Shown piece by piece: positions 36,501 to 47,951 of a stretch of DNA of 64,000 nucleotides. The translations under genes and the position numbers were made by a program. The stretch lies in assembly GCA_040876345.1 (NCBI GenBank), contig JBBDPM010000006.1, forward strand, positions 456,547 through 520,546. Direction: 5' to 3'. Every line of letters starts with the position of its first letter. Within the stretch, counting starts at the first letter, position 1. Under the pieces are notes generated by a model, which was not told the DNA's origin, searched no databases, and saw only the letters and a program-made list of their open reading frames with translations. Source of the stretch: Candidatus Woykebacteria bacterium (GTDB lineage: Bacteria > Patescibacteriota > Microgenomatia > Woykebacterales > RBG-16-39-9b).

Positions 36501-36731
36501 ATGCCGCAAACAAAGATTAGCGATAAATACCAAGTAGTTATTCCAAAGGAGATAAGGAAAAAAGTTGGTTTAAAAGAAGGCCAAAGTCTTAACGTTTACG
36601 CGGCTGGAGACAAAATTGTACTTTCCCCTCAAAAAATTTGGCCAGATGGTTATATTGGTAGCCAGGAGGACATCTGGAAGGACGTAGATGTAGCTAAATA
36701 TCTTGCCGCCGAGAGAGATTCATGGCAGTGA
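36501..36731 (+). CDS. AbrB/MazE-family antitoxin (VapB-like)
   Basis: KISDKYQVVIPKEIRKKVGL. Confidence 0.9.
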   Translation: MPQTKISDKYQVVIPKEIRKKVGLKEGQSLNVYAAGDKIVLSPQKIWPDGYIGSQEDIWKDVDVAKYLAAERDSWQ

Positions 36732-37165
36732 CAAGTGGTTTAGTCAGTGTGTTTTCTTCCCATAAGATAATTTTTATCGATACAAATGTTTTTATCTATG
36801 CTTTAGAGGATAATCCAAATTTCCCCGCAGCAAAAGAAATATTTCGCTTAATTAAAGAAAAACACAAGGAAACTTATACATCAGTAATTAGTCTACTTGA
36901 AGCTTCAGTTAAACTTTTTGACTTAGGACAAAAGGAAAAGATCGAAGAATATCTGAATTTTATTAGTGGTCATGGTCTAATACAAATTTTAGATATAAAT
37001 AAATCGGTATCTATAAAAGCAGCCGAGATCCGATCAAAATATCGATTTAAGACCCCAGATTCGATACAGTTAGCAGCTGCAATTCTTGCCAGAGCCACCC
37101 TTTTTATTACTGCAGACAGAGATTTTGTAAAGAAGGCCGAAAATTTAGAAATATTAGTTATTTAG
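36722..37165 (+). CDS. PIN-domain toxin (VapC-like)
   Basis: IDTNVFIY, PDSIQLAAA and FITAD motifs. Confidence 0.9.
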   Translation: MAVTSGLVSVFSSHKIIFIDTNVFIYALEDNPNFPAAKEIFRLIKEKHKETYTSVISLLEASVKLFDLGQKEKIEEYLNFISGHGLIQILDINKSVSIKAAEIRSKYRFKTPDSIQLAAAILARATLFITADRDFVKKAENLEILVI

Positions 37166-39263
37166 TTGGCCAGACAGCTACTATCAAATCTTCTTTTTCT
37201 TCGATCATTTTTGCTTCCTTCATCTTTTGCCAAAGATCCTCAGTGATAAACGGCATATATGGATGTAGGAGTTTTAGCGAAGTTAATAATACGTGCTCAA
37301 GAATTGGTTGGGCTTCTTCGCGGCGATTCTTTGAATCCTCGATATATTTATCCGCAAAATCGTGCCATATGAAGTTATAAAGGACTTCTGCGGCAATTCC
37401 AAAGTGATAACTTTCAATTCCTCGTGTGACGGAGTTAACAACCTCATCCAACTCTCTTAATATCCATTGGTCTTCTTTGGTTTGCCTTGGGTTTTCTTTG
37501 ACTTTTTCTGGCTTAGTATCGATTACATACCGACCTATGTTCCATAGTTTGTTGGAAAAGTTACGCATCCCTTTGATTTTGTGCTCGCCCACATTCGCGT
37601 CATTTCCCGCTCCAGTTCCAAAAACAAGAGCCATGCGGACGGCGTCCGCCCCATATTTTTCCGCAACTTCTAAAGGATCAATTACGTTATCTTTACTTTT
37701 ACTCATCTTTTGCCCTTTCTCGTCTCTTACTAAGCCATGCAGGTAGACTGTCTCAAAAGGAATTTTACCGGTTGCATAAATCCCAAGCATTATCATCCGA
37801 GCAACCCAGAAGAAAAGTATGTCATAGCCTGTTTCCATCACAGTGGTGGGGTAAAAGCGTTTGAAATCCGAGTCATCTGTTTGCCCCCAACCAAGGGTGG
37901 TGTATGGCCACTGTCCTGAAGAGAACCAGGTATCTAGTGTGTCTGGATCTTGTTTCCAAGCCTCCCCAGGTGGGTGTTCACTACCAACATAGACTTCGTC
38001 TCCTCGATACCAAACAGGAATTTGGTGTCCCCACCAAAGTTGGCGGCTTATACACCAATCGTGAATGTTTTCCATCCAGTTGAAGTAAATCTTTTCAAAA
38101 CGAGTCGGAGTGATTTTTATTTTCTTCGATCTAACAGCGGCGATTGCATCTTTTGCCAAGTTTTTTCCTGATTTTCCAGTTTTGTTCACGGCCACGAACC
38201 ACTGTTTTGAAACTTGGGGTTCAACAACCGTGCCGCAGCGTTCACAAATACCGACACTAGTCTTGTAACGCTCTGTTTTTTCCAATAAATTAAGTTCTTC
38301 CAGGCGAGCGATTATTTGCTTGCGGGAAGCGTATTTATCCAAACCAGAATAATCCCCGGCCTCTTTGGTCATCTTGTCATCCAAACCGATAACTTGGATT
38401 GAAGGCAACTTGTGTCTTTCACCGATTTCGTAGTCGTTAGGATCGTGGGCGGGAGTGATTTTAACCGCACCACTACCAAAGCTAGGGTCGACATAAGAGT
38501 CTTCTATAATTGGAATCTCCCGTTTCATCAGAGGTAAAACTACCGTTTTTCGAACCAAATTTTTATAACGTTTATCCTTCGGGTTTACCGCTACGGCGGT
38601 ATCTCCAAGCATAGTTTCGGGACGCTGAGTCGCAACAATTATCTGATCGGTGGAGTTTTTGATCGGATATTTCAGGAACCACAAGTTAGATTCTTTATCT
38701 TTGTGGTTGACCTCGAGGTCAGATAATACTGTGGCACACCTTGGGCACCAGTTGATCATTCTGGTACCACGGTAGATTAAACCATCCTCATAGAGCGTCT
38801 TAAAAGTTTTATATACGGCCTTTGAAATTTCTGGGTCTAGGGTAAATTTTTCTCTCGTCCAATCCAAGGAAAAACCCATGGCGCGAAGTTGCTCGTACAT
38901 TTGCTTTTTATTTTCTTGGGTAAATGCGTAAGTTTGTTTGAAAAATTCTTCACGTCCAAGGTCGTGTCGGCTCTTACCCTTTTTTTCTAACTTTCGCTCG
39001 TAAACTACCTGGGTTAAAATTCCAGCGTGATCGGCTCCAGGAAGCCAGAGGGTGGGGTCGCCCCTCATTCGGTGGAACCGAATCATAATGTCCTCAAGTA
39101 CGTACATGGCGTGTCCAATGTGAAGCCGGCCATTTGCATTTGGCGGAGGCAGGATTATAGTGAAAGGTTTTTTACCCCCTTTTTTTGGGGCAAAGGCGCC
39201 TTTCTTTTCCCAGAGCTCGTAAAGGGGTTTCTCGACATTTTTATGGTTGTATATCGGTTCCAT
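37158..39263 (-). CDS. valS: Valine--tRNA ligase (C-terminally shortened)
   Basis: PPPNANGRLHIGH, DWCISRQLWWGH and KMSKS motifs; start placed at MEPIY. Confidence 0.96.
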   Translation of the reverse strand: MEPIYNHKNVEKPLYELWEKKGAFAPKKGGKKPFTIILPPPNANGRLHIGHAMYVLEDIMIRFHRMRGDPTLWLPGADHAGILTQVVYERKLEKKGKSRHDLGREEFFKQTYAFTQENKKQMYEQLRAMGFSLDWTREKFTLDPEISKAVYKTFKTLYEDGLIYRGTRMINWCPRCATVLSDLEVNHKDKESNLWFLKYPIKNSTDQIIVATQRPETMLGDTAVAVNPKDKRYKNLVRKTVVLPLMKREIPIIEDSYVDPSFGSGAVKITPAHDPNDYEIGERHKLPSIQVIGLDDKMTKEAGDYSGLDKYASRKQIIARLEELNLLEKTERYKTSVGICERCGTVVEPQVSKQWFVAVNKTGKSGKNLAKDAIAAVRSKKIKITPTRFEKIYFNWMENIHDWCISRQLWWGHQIPVWYRGDEVYVGSEHPPGEAWKQDPDTLDTWFSSGQWPYTTLGWGQTDDSDFKRFYPTTVMETGYDILFFWVARMIMLGIYATGKIPFETVYLHGLVRDEKGQKMSKSKDNVIDPLEVAEKYGADAVRMALVFGTGAGNDANVGEHKIKGMRNFSNKLWNIGRYVIDTKPEKVKENPRQTKEDQWILRELDEVVNSVTRGIESYHFGIAAEVLYNFIWHDFADKYIEDSKNRREEAQPILEHVLLTSLKLLHPYMPFITEDLWQKMKEAKMIEEKEDLIVAVWPTK

Positions 39264-39342
39264 ATTATTGCTCATGAGGTTAATACATTTCGCCAATTAT
39301 ATACAGCGACTGTCTTGCTTGCAACGATCCCTTAGGGATAAA

Positions 39343-39972
39343 ATGGAGAAGATGAACCAAATTGAGGAATTGCCCAACCTCGATATTTTAGCCGAGGATA
39401 ATATTCGAACTCTCCATCTACCAAAAAACCGCCTCGTGAAACCTCTGGCCGTAACATTTGTGGGTATTCCTGCCGCCGGTAAGACAAGTCTTACTAATAC
39501 TCTAGCCCAAGCCCTTCCCCTTGCAGTTTTATCCGAAGAGGAGATGCTCAAGTTTCTCGCCCCACGCCTAACTTTTTTTGAAAGAGGGGAAGAGCGAATT
39601 TTGAGTCTGGCAACCAAAACAATGGAGGCTCTTATAGCGAGAGGAATAAGTTGTATATTTGATCACAATGTTAAAAAGAAAGCATACCGAGATTATATTA
39701 GGAAAGTAGTCGAAAAAGCCGCTGGTGCATCTGTCCTAGTCTATGTAGATATACCAAAAGAGGTAGCTTATAAGCAGCTTAGCGCCGCTAACTATCAAGT
39801 GAGTCGGGGTGATAAAAAAGGAGTTATTATGAACAAAGATCTTTTTGAATACGAAGTAGCCTCGACGGAAATCCCAACAACAGATGAACACCCTTTTGTC
39901 TATCAGCCCAAAAACGCAGCAAGTCTAAACAGTTTGATAGGCCAAATCTCTAAATTTGGAGGAATGGCTTAA
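39343..39972 (+). CDS. P-loop kinase, AAA_33-like
   Basis: GIPAAGKT; start uncertain (39343 or 39352). Confidence 0.75.
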   Translation: MEKMNQIEELPNLDILAEDNIRTLHLPKNRLVKPLAVTFVGIPAAGKTSLTNTLAQALPLAVLSEEEMLKFLAPRLTFFERGEERILSLATKTMEALIARGISCIFDHNVKKKAYRDYIRKVVEKAAGASVLVYVDIPKEVAYKQLSAANYQVSRGDKKGVIMNKDLFEYEVASTEIPTTDEHPFVYQPKNAASLNSLIGQISKFGGMA

Positions 39973-40952
39973 ATCAGTATTCCAGGATCTGCCTTTACTT
40001 TATCCCAGCGGACGTTCTTAAAGTTAAAATAAGCAGCCGAAGCAATCATGGCGGCGTTGTCTACAGAGAGTTTTGGGTCTCCCGCTGTAATTTTTCCGGA
40101 AAATTTTTCCGCTGCCTTTTTCCTAAGCAGGTTATTAGCAGCGACCCCACCACCTAAGAGGATCTCGGAAACTTCGAACTTTTTGGCCACCTTCAAGGTT
40201 TTTATAAGAAGGGAATCAACAATTGCTTCTTGGATACTAGCGGAAAAATCAGCAACTTCCTGATGCGACTTTGGTTTGTTCTTATTAACTAAGTTAACCA
40301 CGGCAGTTTTTAGACCTGAGAAAGAAAAGTCAAAGTCGGTTGAGTCAGACAGTGGTCTTGGAAGGTTGAATTTGGTTGGGTCGCCACTTTCGGCTGCTTT
40401 TTGAATCGCAGGACCACCAGGGTATCCAAGACCCAAAAGCCTTGCGGTTTTGTCAAAGGCCTCCCCTGCAGCATCATCCCTTGTACCACCAAGCCACTTA
40501 AATTTTCCGTGGCCTTCCATAAGAACTAGCTCTGTGTGACCACCACTAACAATCAAAGCAATATTGGGAAAGGAAGGTTGCTGCTCGCCGAGCCAATTGG
40601 AGTAGATGTGGCCGATGAGGTGATTTACTGGTACTAAGGGTTTGTTCCATACATACGCGAGCGTTTTAGCAGTTTCCACCCCAATTAATAAAGATCCTAT
40701 TAGGCCGGGCCCGTAGGTGACAGCGATGGCGTCAATATTGTGATGGGTTAATCGTGATGAGTGAAACGCTTCTTCAAGAGTCGGTACCATCGCTTTTACT
40801 TGTTCCCTTGCGGCAATCTCTGGGATTATTCCGCCAGTTTTAGCGTGAATTGGTAAGGAAGAGGCAATAACGTTCACTAAGATTTTAGTGCCGTCTTCAA
40901 CAATAGCCGCCGAAGTCTCATCACAAGACGTTTCGATTCCTAAAATTCGCAT
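39969..40952 (-). CDS. tsaD: tRNA t6A synthesis protein TsaD
   Basis: MRILGIETSCDET, HLIGH, SGGHT, DDAAGEAFDK and DNAAMI motifs. Confidence 0.97.
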   Translation of the reverse strand: MRILGIETSCDETSAAIVEDGTKILVNVIASSLPIHAKTGGIIPEIAAREQVKAMVPTLEEAFHSSRLTHHNIDAIAVTYGPGLIGSLLIGVETAKTLAYVWNKPLVPVNHLIGHIYSNWLGEQQPSFPNIALIVSGGHTELVLMEGHGKFKWLGGTRDDAAGEAFDKTARLLGLGYPGGPAIQKAAESGDPTKFNLPRPLSDSTDFDFSFSGLKTAVVNLVNKNKPKSHQEVADFSASIQEAIVDSLLIKTLKVAKKFEVSEILLGGGVAANNLLRKKAAEKFSGKITAGDPKLSVDNAAMIASAAYFNFKNVRWDKVKADPGILI

Positions 40953-41026
40953 GGTGTCTAAGGGAATTATACACAAAATTGAGATTAGAGACCGAGGTAG
41001 GAGTAAATTACCTATCCTATAGCAAC

Positions 41027-41055
41027 TTGACAACACTAATTGGATGTTGTACAAT
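41027..41055 (+). promoter_or_regulatory. Near-consensus sigma70 promoter of the GC-rich small unit
   Basis: TTGACA-N17-TACAAT. Confidence 0.8.
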
Positions 41056-41084
41056 ACGCGTTATCTTGAAGGAGGAGGTCGCGC

Positions 41085-41114
41085 GTGAGACAGCGCAACA
41101 AGGACCCGGCCTAA
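41085..41114 (+). CDS. Mini-ORF MRQRNKDPA*
   Basis: GGAGGAGG-N6-GTG; translation unproven. Confidence 0.4.
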   Translation: MRQRNKDPA

Positions 41115-41182
41115 GGGCTCAAATTGGGCTCCTGAAACAAGCTCTCGAGGGTCGAGATCTGTAACCGAAAAAGGAGGCCGTT

Positions 41183-41317
41183 ATGGACCGGCGCGACACA
41201 GGCTCCCGTAAAGGCAAGTTCAGCTCCAAGCCCTTCGCCACGCTCTCACCGGACGACGCGATCAGCGCGGCCAGCCGCGGCGACCAGTACGGCGCTGTCG
41301 ACGACGACACCTGCTGA
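41183..41317 (+). CDS. 44-aa small protein MDRRDTGSRKGKFSSKPFATLSPDDAISAASRGDQYGAVDDDTC
   Basis: AAAAAGGAGG-N5-ATG; GC-rich third codon positions; lies between a promoter and a terminator. Confidence 0.6.
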   Translation: MDRRDTGSRKGKFSSKPFATLSPDDAISAASRGDQYGAVDDDTC

Positions 41318-41387
41318 TCGACGCGGCCTACGGATCTTTGACGGCGAATCCGTAGGTTAGGATCCATCAACCATCGAAGCCGTCACT

Positions 41388-41458
41388 CGCCCGCCCTCAC
41401 CGATTTGGGCATATTCATGTTGATATGTTCACAGGTGGGGGCGGGCGTTACTCTTTTT
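41388..41458 (+). terminator. Long terminator hairpin
   Basis: CGCCCGCCCTCACC/GGTGGGGGCGGGCG outer stem, TGGGCATAT/ATATGTTCA inner stem, tail TTACTCTTTTT. Confidence 0.75.
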
Positions 41459-42008
41459 AGAGTTGTTCTGGACCAAAATTGAGTTTCTTAGGAGATTGCC
41501 TTTCTTTCGCGGGGAATACATACCTTTCGTAGTTCTCATCCATATCCACAAATTCATCAACTTCCGCAAGTAACTTTGCCGAAGTACTTTTTCCAAAAGC
41601 AACGGCTTCCACTCGGTGACCTTGGTTTCTAAGATATTCTACAAGCGGAACATAGTCCCCATCGCCTGAAACTAGTATTAAAACGTCAAGGCGTGGAGCA
41701 AGACGAATCATATCCAGCGCAATTCCCACATCCCAATCACCTTTTTTTACGCCTCCGGGAAATATTTGTACTTCTTTTGATTTCACTTCGAAACCGGCTT
41801 TTTCTAAAGCGTCAAAAAATGATTGCTCTTCCGGCATAGAAGCTTTTATTACATAGGCAATAGCTCTAATTAATTGTCTGCCGGCAACTGCGGTATCTAA
41901 AATATTGCTGAAGTTGACCCTTTTCCCGTACAAATTCTTGGCAGAGTAATACATATTTTGAACATCAACAAAAACGCCTACTCTCTGATTTGGATTTTTC
42001 TTTAACAT
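41457..42008 (-). CDS. NYN domain (LabA/DUF88) protein
   Basis: FVDVQN, KGDWDVG and SGDGDY motifs. Confidence 0.92.
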   Translation of the reverse strand: MLKKNPNQRVGVFVDVQNMYYSAKNLYGKRVNFSNILDTAVAGRQLIRAIAYVIKASMPEEQSFFDALEKAGFEVKSKEVQIFPGGVKKGDWDVGIALDMIRLAPRLDVLILVSGDGDYVPLVEYLRNQGHRVEAVAFGKSTSAKLLAEVDEFVDMDENYERYVFPAKERQSPKKLNFGPEQL

Positions 42009-42042
42009 ATGAATATGATAACATTAATGGGCAAAATTACCT

Positions 42043-42927
42043 ATGAAAAAAATTACTAAGGCGATAATTCCGGCAGCAGGTTATGGCACTAGGTTCTTGC
42101 CAGTGACCAAAGCAATGCCCAAAGAAATGCTCCCAATTGTGGACAAACCAATCATCCAATACGTAGTTGAAGAGGCAGTGGCTTCTGGCATCGAAGACGT
42201 CATTATTGTTACGGGTGGTAACAAAAGAGCCATTGAGGATCATTTTGACCGCTCCCAAGAACTGGAAGAATGGCTTCGGGATGCGGGCAAAAAAGATAAG
42301 TTAGAAGAGATAATAAAAATTGCTCACATGGCCAACTTTATCTATGTTCGCCAGAAGGGCCCTTATGGCAACGCCACTCCGGTGCTTTCAGCCAAGAATT
42401 TAGTTGAAGGGGAACCTTTTGCAGTGCTTTGGGGAGACGAGTTTATTTATTCGCAGCCACCACGCCTCAAACAACTCCTTGATACTTTTGAAAAATACCA
42501 AGCCAGTGTCATAAGCGGAGTGAAAATTGAGAAAAAGGAGGATCTTGCCAAATACGGTATCGCTGATCTTGAACATGTTGAAGGCAACGTTTACAAAATA
42601 AAGAAAATCATTGAAAAACCAGATCCTGATAAGGCACCATCAGACGTTGCCACCCACGGAGCCTATGTTTTTACCCCTTCAATTTTTGAGCATCTGGAGA
42701 CGCTTGTGCCGGGTAAAGGTGGAGAGCTTTGGCTACCGGAAGCAATTGACTCTCTTATCCAGAAAGAGCCTGTCTACACGGTTATCATTGAAGGTGGGCG
42801 CTACTACGATATTGGAAACAAGCTTGGTTTTATCGAAGCTAATATTGAGTTTGCCCTGAAGAACGATGAGCTCAAGAATGATTTGAGGCTCTTTCTCAAA
42901 AAGCTTGCTGAAAACTCCCCATCTTAA
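42043..42927 (+). CDS. galU: UTP--glucose-1-phosphate uridylyltransferase
   Basis: KAIIPAAGYGTRFLPVTKAMPKEMLPIVDKP. Confidence 0.95.
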   Translation: MKKITKAIIPAAGYGTRFLPVTKAMPKEMLPIVDKPIIQYVVEEAVASGIEDVIIVTGGNKRAIEDHFDRSQELEEWLRDAGKKDKLEEIIKIAHMANFIYVRQKGPYGNATPVLSAKNLVEGEPFAVLWGDEFIYSQPPRLKQLLDTFEKYQASVISGVKIEKKEDLAKYGIADLEHVEGNVYKIKKIIEKPDPDKAPSDVATHGAYVFTPSIFEHLETLVPGKGGELWLPEAIDSLIQKEPVYTVIIEGGRYYDIGNKLGFIEANIEFALKNDELKNDLRLFLKKLAENSPS

Positions 42928-42945
42928 TACAATGTACTTGCTGCC

Positions 42946-44307
42946 ATGACGAAAAAAAGAATTATCCTTTTTGGCATTTTATTCATCGCCGTCGAAATTA
43001 TAGTTGGGTTGGTAATTATTCTTGCTGATCAAGGAGCCTTCACGAAAAAAGAAGAAAATACCCACCTTTCCTACGTGGGTCTCTGGGAGCCTGCGATAAT
43101 TAATCCCTTAATAGAAGAGTATCAAAGAGACAATCCTAAAGTCTCTATAGAGTACGAAGAAAAAGACCCTAAGCGCTACTTTGAGACTCTAAGAAACTCG
43201 CTTGCCTCGGACGCTCCCCCCGACATTTTTTGGTGGCATTCTGGTTGGGGCCCGATGTTAAAAAATGATCTAGCCCTACTCACCGAGTCTGTTTTAGCAG
43301 CCTTCGATTTTGAAAAAACTTATTACCCGGTTACTAAACTCGATGCAAAAATTGGCGGTGGTTATCGTGGGATTCCCTTGGAATTTGATGGGTTAGCTCT
43401 TATCTACAATAAAGATCTGTTAAAGGCCAAGAAACTCTCCAACCCGCCAAAAACTTGGACGGATTTGCAAAGAACTTACGTCCCTGCTCTAAGCAGAGTC
43501 GATGAGAATAAAACCATAATTTCTTCAGCAATTGCTTTGGGAACTGCAAATAACATCGCAAATTTCTCCGAAATTATGGGACTCCTCTTTCTACAAAATG
43601 GGGTAATCTTTGCAAAAGATGGAAAGATAAACATTGATAAAAGTCTAGCTCTAAATGGGGATAATTTAGGTGATAAGGCAGCTGAGTTTTATATAGCTTT
43701 TACAAAAAATCCCAAGGTGTGGGATACTGCGCAGCCTGACTCCATCCGCGCTTTTGCACGTGGCAAGGTAGCAATGATTTTTCTGCCCGTTCATAAGTTG
43801 CCTACTCTACAGTCTCAGATTAAAGCAGCTGGCGGAAAAGTGAAATTTGGCGTGGCAAGAGTCCCGCAACCGCCAAATGTTGTGCCGATCTCCTGGGCTA
43901 GCTACTGGCTTTCCGGAGTTTCGGCTAAAAGTAAGAATCAACTTGAGGCGTGGAAGTTTATTAAATTTCTAGGAGAGAGGGAAAATTTGAAGAAAATTTT
44001 TCAGGAAGAAGCGAAAATAAGAAAAATAGGCAGACCTTACCCTAGGATTGATATGGCCAGAGAATTGAGAAGCGACCCGCTTTTAGGTGCTTATGTCTCT
44101 GACGCCCCCTTTGCAAAAAGTTGGTATCTACACCCAGATACTTTTGATGGAGCACTAAATGATAAAATAGTTGAAAAATTAAAGGAACTAGTCGATACAA
44201 TGCTACGGGGAAGCGGTTCAACCCCCTCCAGTCTTAAGAAATTTTCAGACGCGGCTGTTAGCATAATAGCCCAATACGGTGGTCTTGGAGGAATAACGGA
44301 AAGATGA
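42946..44307 (+). CDS. Orphan extracellular solute-binding protein (family 1, sugar type)
   Basis: N-terminal TM; PDIF, LIYNKDL, PPKTW and AWKFIKFL motifs. Confidence 0.85.
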   Translation: MTKKRIILFGILFIAVEIIVGLVIILADQGAFTKKEENTHLSYVGLWEPAIINPLIEEYQRDNPKVSIEYEEKDPKRYFETLRNSLASDAPPDIFWWHSGWGPMLKNDLALLTESVLAAFDFEKTYYPVTKLDAKIGGGYRGIPLEFDGLALIYNKDLLKAKKLSNPPKTWTDLQRTYVPALSRVDENKTIISSAIALGTANNIANFSEIMGLLFLQNGVIFAKDGKINIDKSLALNGDNLGDKAAEFYIAFTKNPKVWDTAQPDSIRAFARGKVAMIFLPVHKLPTLQSQIKAAGGKVKFGVARVPQPPNVVPISWASYWLSGVSAKSKNQLEAWKFIKFLGERENLKKIFQEEAKIRKIGRPYPRIDMARELRSDPLLGAYVSDAPFAKSWYLHPDTFDGALNDKIVEKLKELVDTMLRGSGSTPSSLKKFSDAAVSIIAQYGGLGGITER

Positions 44308-44332
44308 AAAATTCGGTTGGTACAACCACCCC

Positions 44333-44401
44333 TTGACAAACTGCAATCCTCCGGTATAATTTTAGCGGACTTACAGTCCGAGTGCGAGTTTTAATTCGCA
44401 C
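44333..44401 (+). promoter_or_regulatory. groESL promoter with a degenerate CIRCE and two leader hairpins
   Basis: TTGACA-N16-TATAAT; TTAGCggaC-N9-GAGTGCgAg at 44362-44388. Confidence 0.6.
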
Positions 44402-44466
44402 CACCACTTAAGATTTCTGCCAACATTAAAATTTAAGAAACGTTAAGTATCTAATACGGAGGTAAT

Positions 44467-44766
44467 ATGGTAAAAACCAAAGTTAATATTAAACCACTTT
44501 CAGGTTACGCTCTAATAGAGCCACGAGAGGCGGAGGAAGTAACTGCTTCGGGTATTGTCCTTCCCGATACTGCTCAAGAAAAGCCAGCTCAAGGAAAAGT
44601 TTTGGCAGTTGGTGCCTCAACTTACGATCATGGTCGGGAAATAAAACCAGAGTTTAAGGTTGGAGACTTGGTTTTGTACAAAAAATGGGGCGGAGACGAG
44701 ATTAAAACTGAAGGCAAAGAGTTTAAATTAGTAAAATTTGAAGATGTAATGGCTATTATAGATTAA
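44467..44766 (+). CDS. groES: Co-chaperonin GroES
   Basis: TASGIVLPDTAQEKP and GKVLAVG motifs. Confidence 0.97.
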   Translation: MVKTKVNIKPLSGYALIEPREAEEVTASGIVLPDTAQEKPAQGKVLAVGASTYDHGREIKPEFKVGDLVLYKKWGGDEIKTEGKEFKLVKFEDVMAIID

Positions 44767-46404
<1,638 letters not shown>

Positions 46405-46439
46405 AGTTAGTTAATTAGCAATTAAAGGTTAGTAAAATT

Positions 46440-46472
46440 GGAAAGGGCCGATAAGGCCCTTCTCCTTTTTTC
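46440..46472 (+). terminator. Intrinsic terminator after groEL
   Basis: AAGGGCC-GATAA-GGCCCTT followed by CTCCTTTTTT. Confidence 0.75.
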
Positions 46473-46501
46473 TGGATAAACAATTTGCTATAATTAACTG
46501 A

Positions 46502-47137
46502 ATGGAACAGAACGCACCGCCTCTCCAACCCACTAAAGCTAGTTCTACACCAAGTAAAAAACCAGTTCTGATAACAGCAGCAACCTTCATGGTAGTAATT
46601 ATTTTGGCGGTTTTTGGTGTTTACAATTGGCAGCAAGGCGTGGTGGAAGAAGTTAAAGGTGAAAAAGAATCCTTGGAATCTAAAGTAGCGTCGCAGAGTG
46701 CCGGTCTCACCGCGCTTAAAAAGGAAAGCGTAGAGCTTAAATCTAAAGTAAACTTCCTGGAGGGAAAATTAAAAGAAGCCACCGCTAGTGCAAATTTTGA
46801 AGTTGGTGAATTGACACTATCTATAAAGAAAACTAGTAGGTCCAATTACACTGGCGATGTTACACCCGACACAAATACGGTAAGTGTTGAAATAAGTGCC
46901 GTGAACGACACTGAACAAACATTATTCATTTCCAAATCAAGCTTTAAATTAAAAGACGACGCTAATCGTAGTTACCTAGTTGGTATTACCCCGCCTGGCT
47001 ATAGTGAATTGCAAGATCAACAAGTGCAACCTGGAGAGACAATTGTAGCTTACGTTGCTTTTGATGACGTTCCCAAGAACAAGACTTCCCTCACCCTTTT
47101 CTACAATTCAAAGACCTTCAGAATTACTGCAAAGTAA
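46502..47137 (+). CDS. TM + coiled coil + DUF4352-like Ig-fold protein
   Basis: FKLKDDANRSY...VQPGETIVAYVAFD. Confidence 0.7.
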   Translation: MEQNAPPLQPTKASSTPSKKPVLITAATFMVVIILAVFGVYNWQQGVVEEVKGEKESLESKVASQSAGLTALKKESVELKSKVNFLEGKLKEATASANFEVGELTLSIKKTSRSNYTGDVTPDTNTVSVEISAVNDTEQTLFISKSSFKLKDDANRSYLVGITPPGYSELQDQQVQPGETIVAYVAFDDVPKNKTSLTLFYNSKTFRITAK

Positions 47138-47207
47138 AGATAGCTTTTAGCTATTGCCAAAGGTAAAATTTAGTGTATAATTTTCTCACTGCTCCTTTTA
47201 AAATTAA

Positions 47208-47918
47208 ATGGCTAGGGCAAAGAAAACAGAAGTCAAAAAAGTAGGGTCTGCAACCAAAGCGCAAGGGTCAACCACCGCTAGGATCACACCCAGTAAAAGA
47301 AAACCTTTCAACCTCCAAGAACTTTCCAAAAACTTAAAGGAAAGGTTTCAACAGCACCAAGTCTTGTACTCAGTTTTAGCTACACTGTTAATAATTATTA
47401 TTTTACTTGGCGGCACTTTTTTCTGGAAAAAGGATCTTTTTCTGGCTGGATCAGTAAACGGCAAATTTATTACTAGCGTAGAATTTTACAACCGCCTTAT
47501 CAAAGCTTCAGGCACAGATGCTTTCGATTCAATAATTCAAGAAACGCTTATAAAACAAGAGGCAAAGAAGGCAGGCCACGCAGCTACGCAAGAGGAAATT
47601 GACGCTGAGATTTCTAAGATAGAAAAGCGGGTTGGCGGAAGGGAAGAGCTAGAAAAATTACTTGCCGGCAGTAACATGAATGTTGACGGTCTAAGAGAGC
47701 AGCTTGTGACTCAAGTTTTGGTCGAAAAAATCTTGGAAAAAGACATTCAGGTTTCTGACGCGGAAGTAGATAAATATATTAAGGAAAATAAAGATAGCGC
47801 AAAAGGTTTAAGCAAGGAAGAAGTAAAGGAGCAACTGCGCTCCCAAAAGCTAAATGAAAAATTCCCCTCTTGGTACGAAGAGATCAAAAAGAACGCTTCA
47901 ATTCAGAAATATTTTTGA
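47208..47918 (+). CDS. SurA N-terminal/PrsA-like chaperone without a PPIase domain
   Basis: TM; VNGKFIT, LIKQEAKK and VSDAEVDKY motifs. Confidence 0.8.
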   Translation: MARAKKTEVKKVGSATKAQGSTTARITPSKRKPFNLQELSKNLKERFQQHQVLYSVLATLLIIIILLGGTFFWKKDLFLAGSVNGKFITSVEFYNRLIKASGTDAFDSIIQETLIKQEAKKAGHAATQEEIDAEISKIEKRVGGREELEKLLAGSNMNVDGLREQLVTQVLVEKILEKDIQVSDAEVDKYIKENKDSAKGLSKEEVKEQLRSQKLNEKFPSWYEEIKKNASIQKYF

Positions 47919-47951
47919 TAAGCCTTTCCTCAAAAACTTAAAATCAACTTC

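Noticed and set aside
41183-41317. 44-aa peptide as a mycofactocin or other known RiPP precursor
   Set aside because: It lacks the IDGMCGVY core and no maturase genes are nearby.
40979-41370. Track ORFs 40979-41164 (+) and 41119-41370 (-)
   Set aside because: The first starts upstream of the promoter and the second has no RBS or promoter; the SD-led small ORFs fit better.
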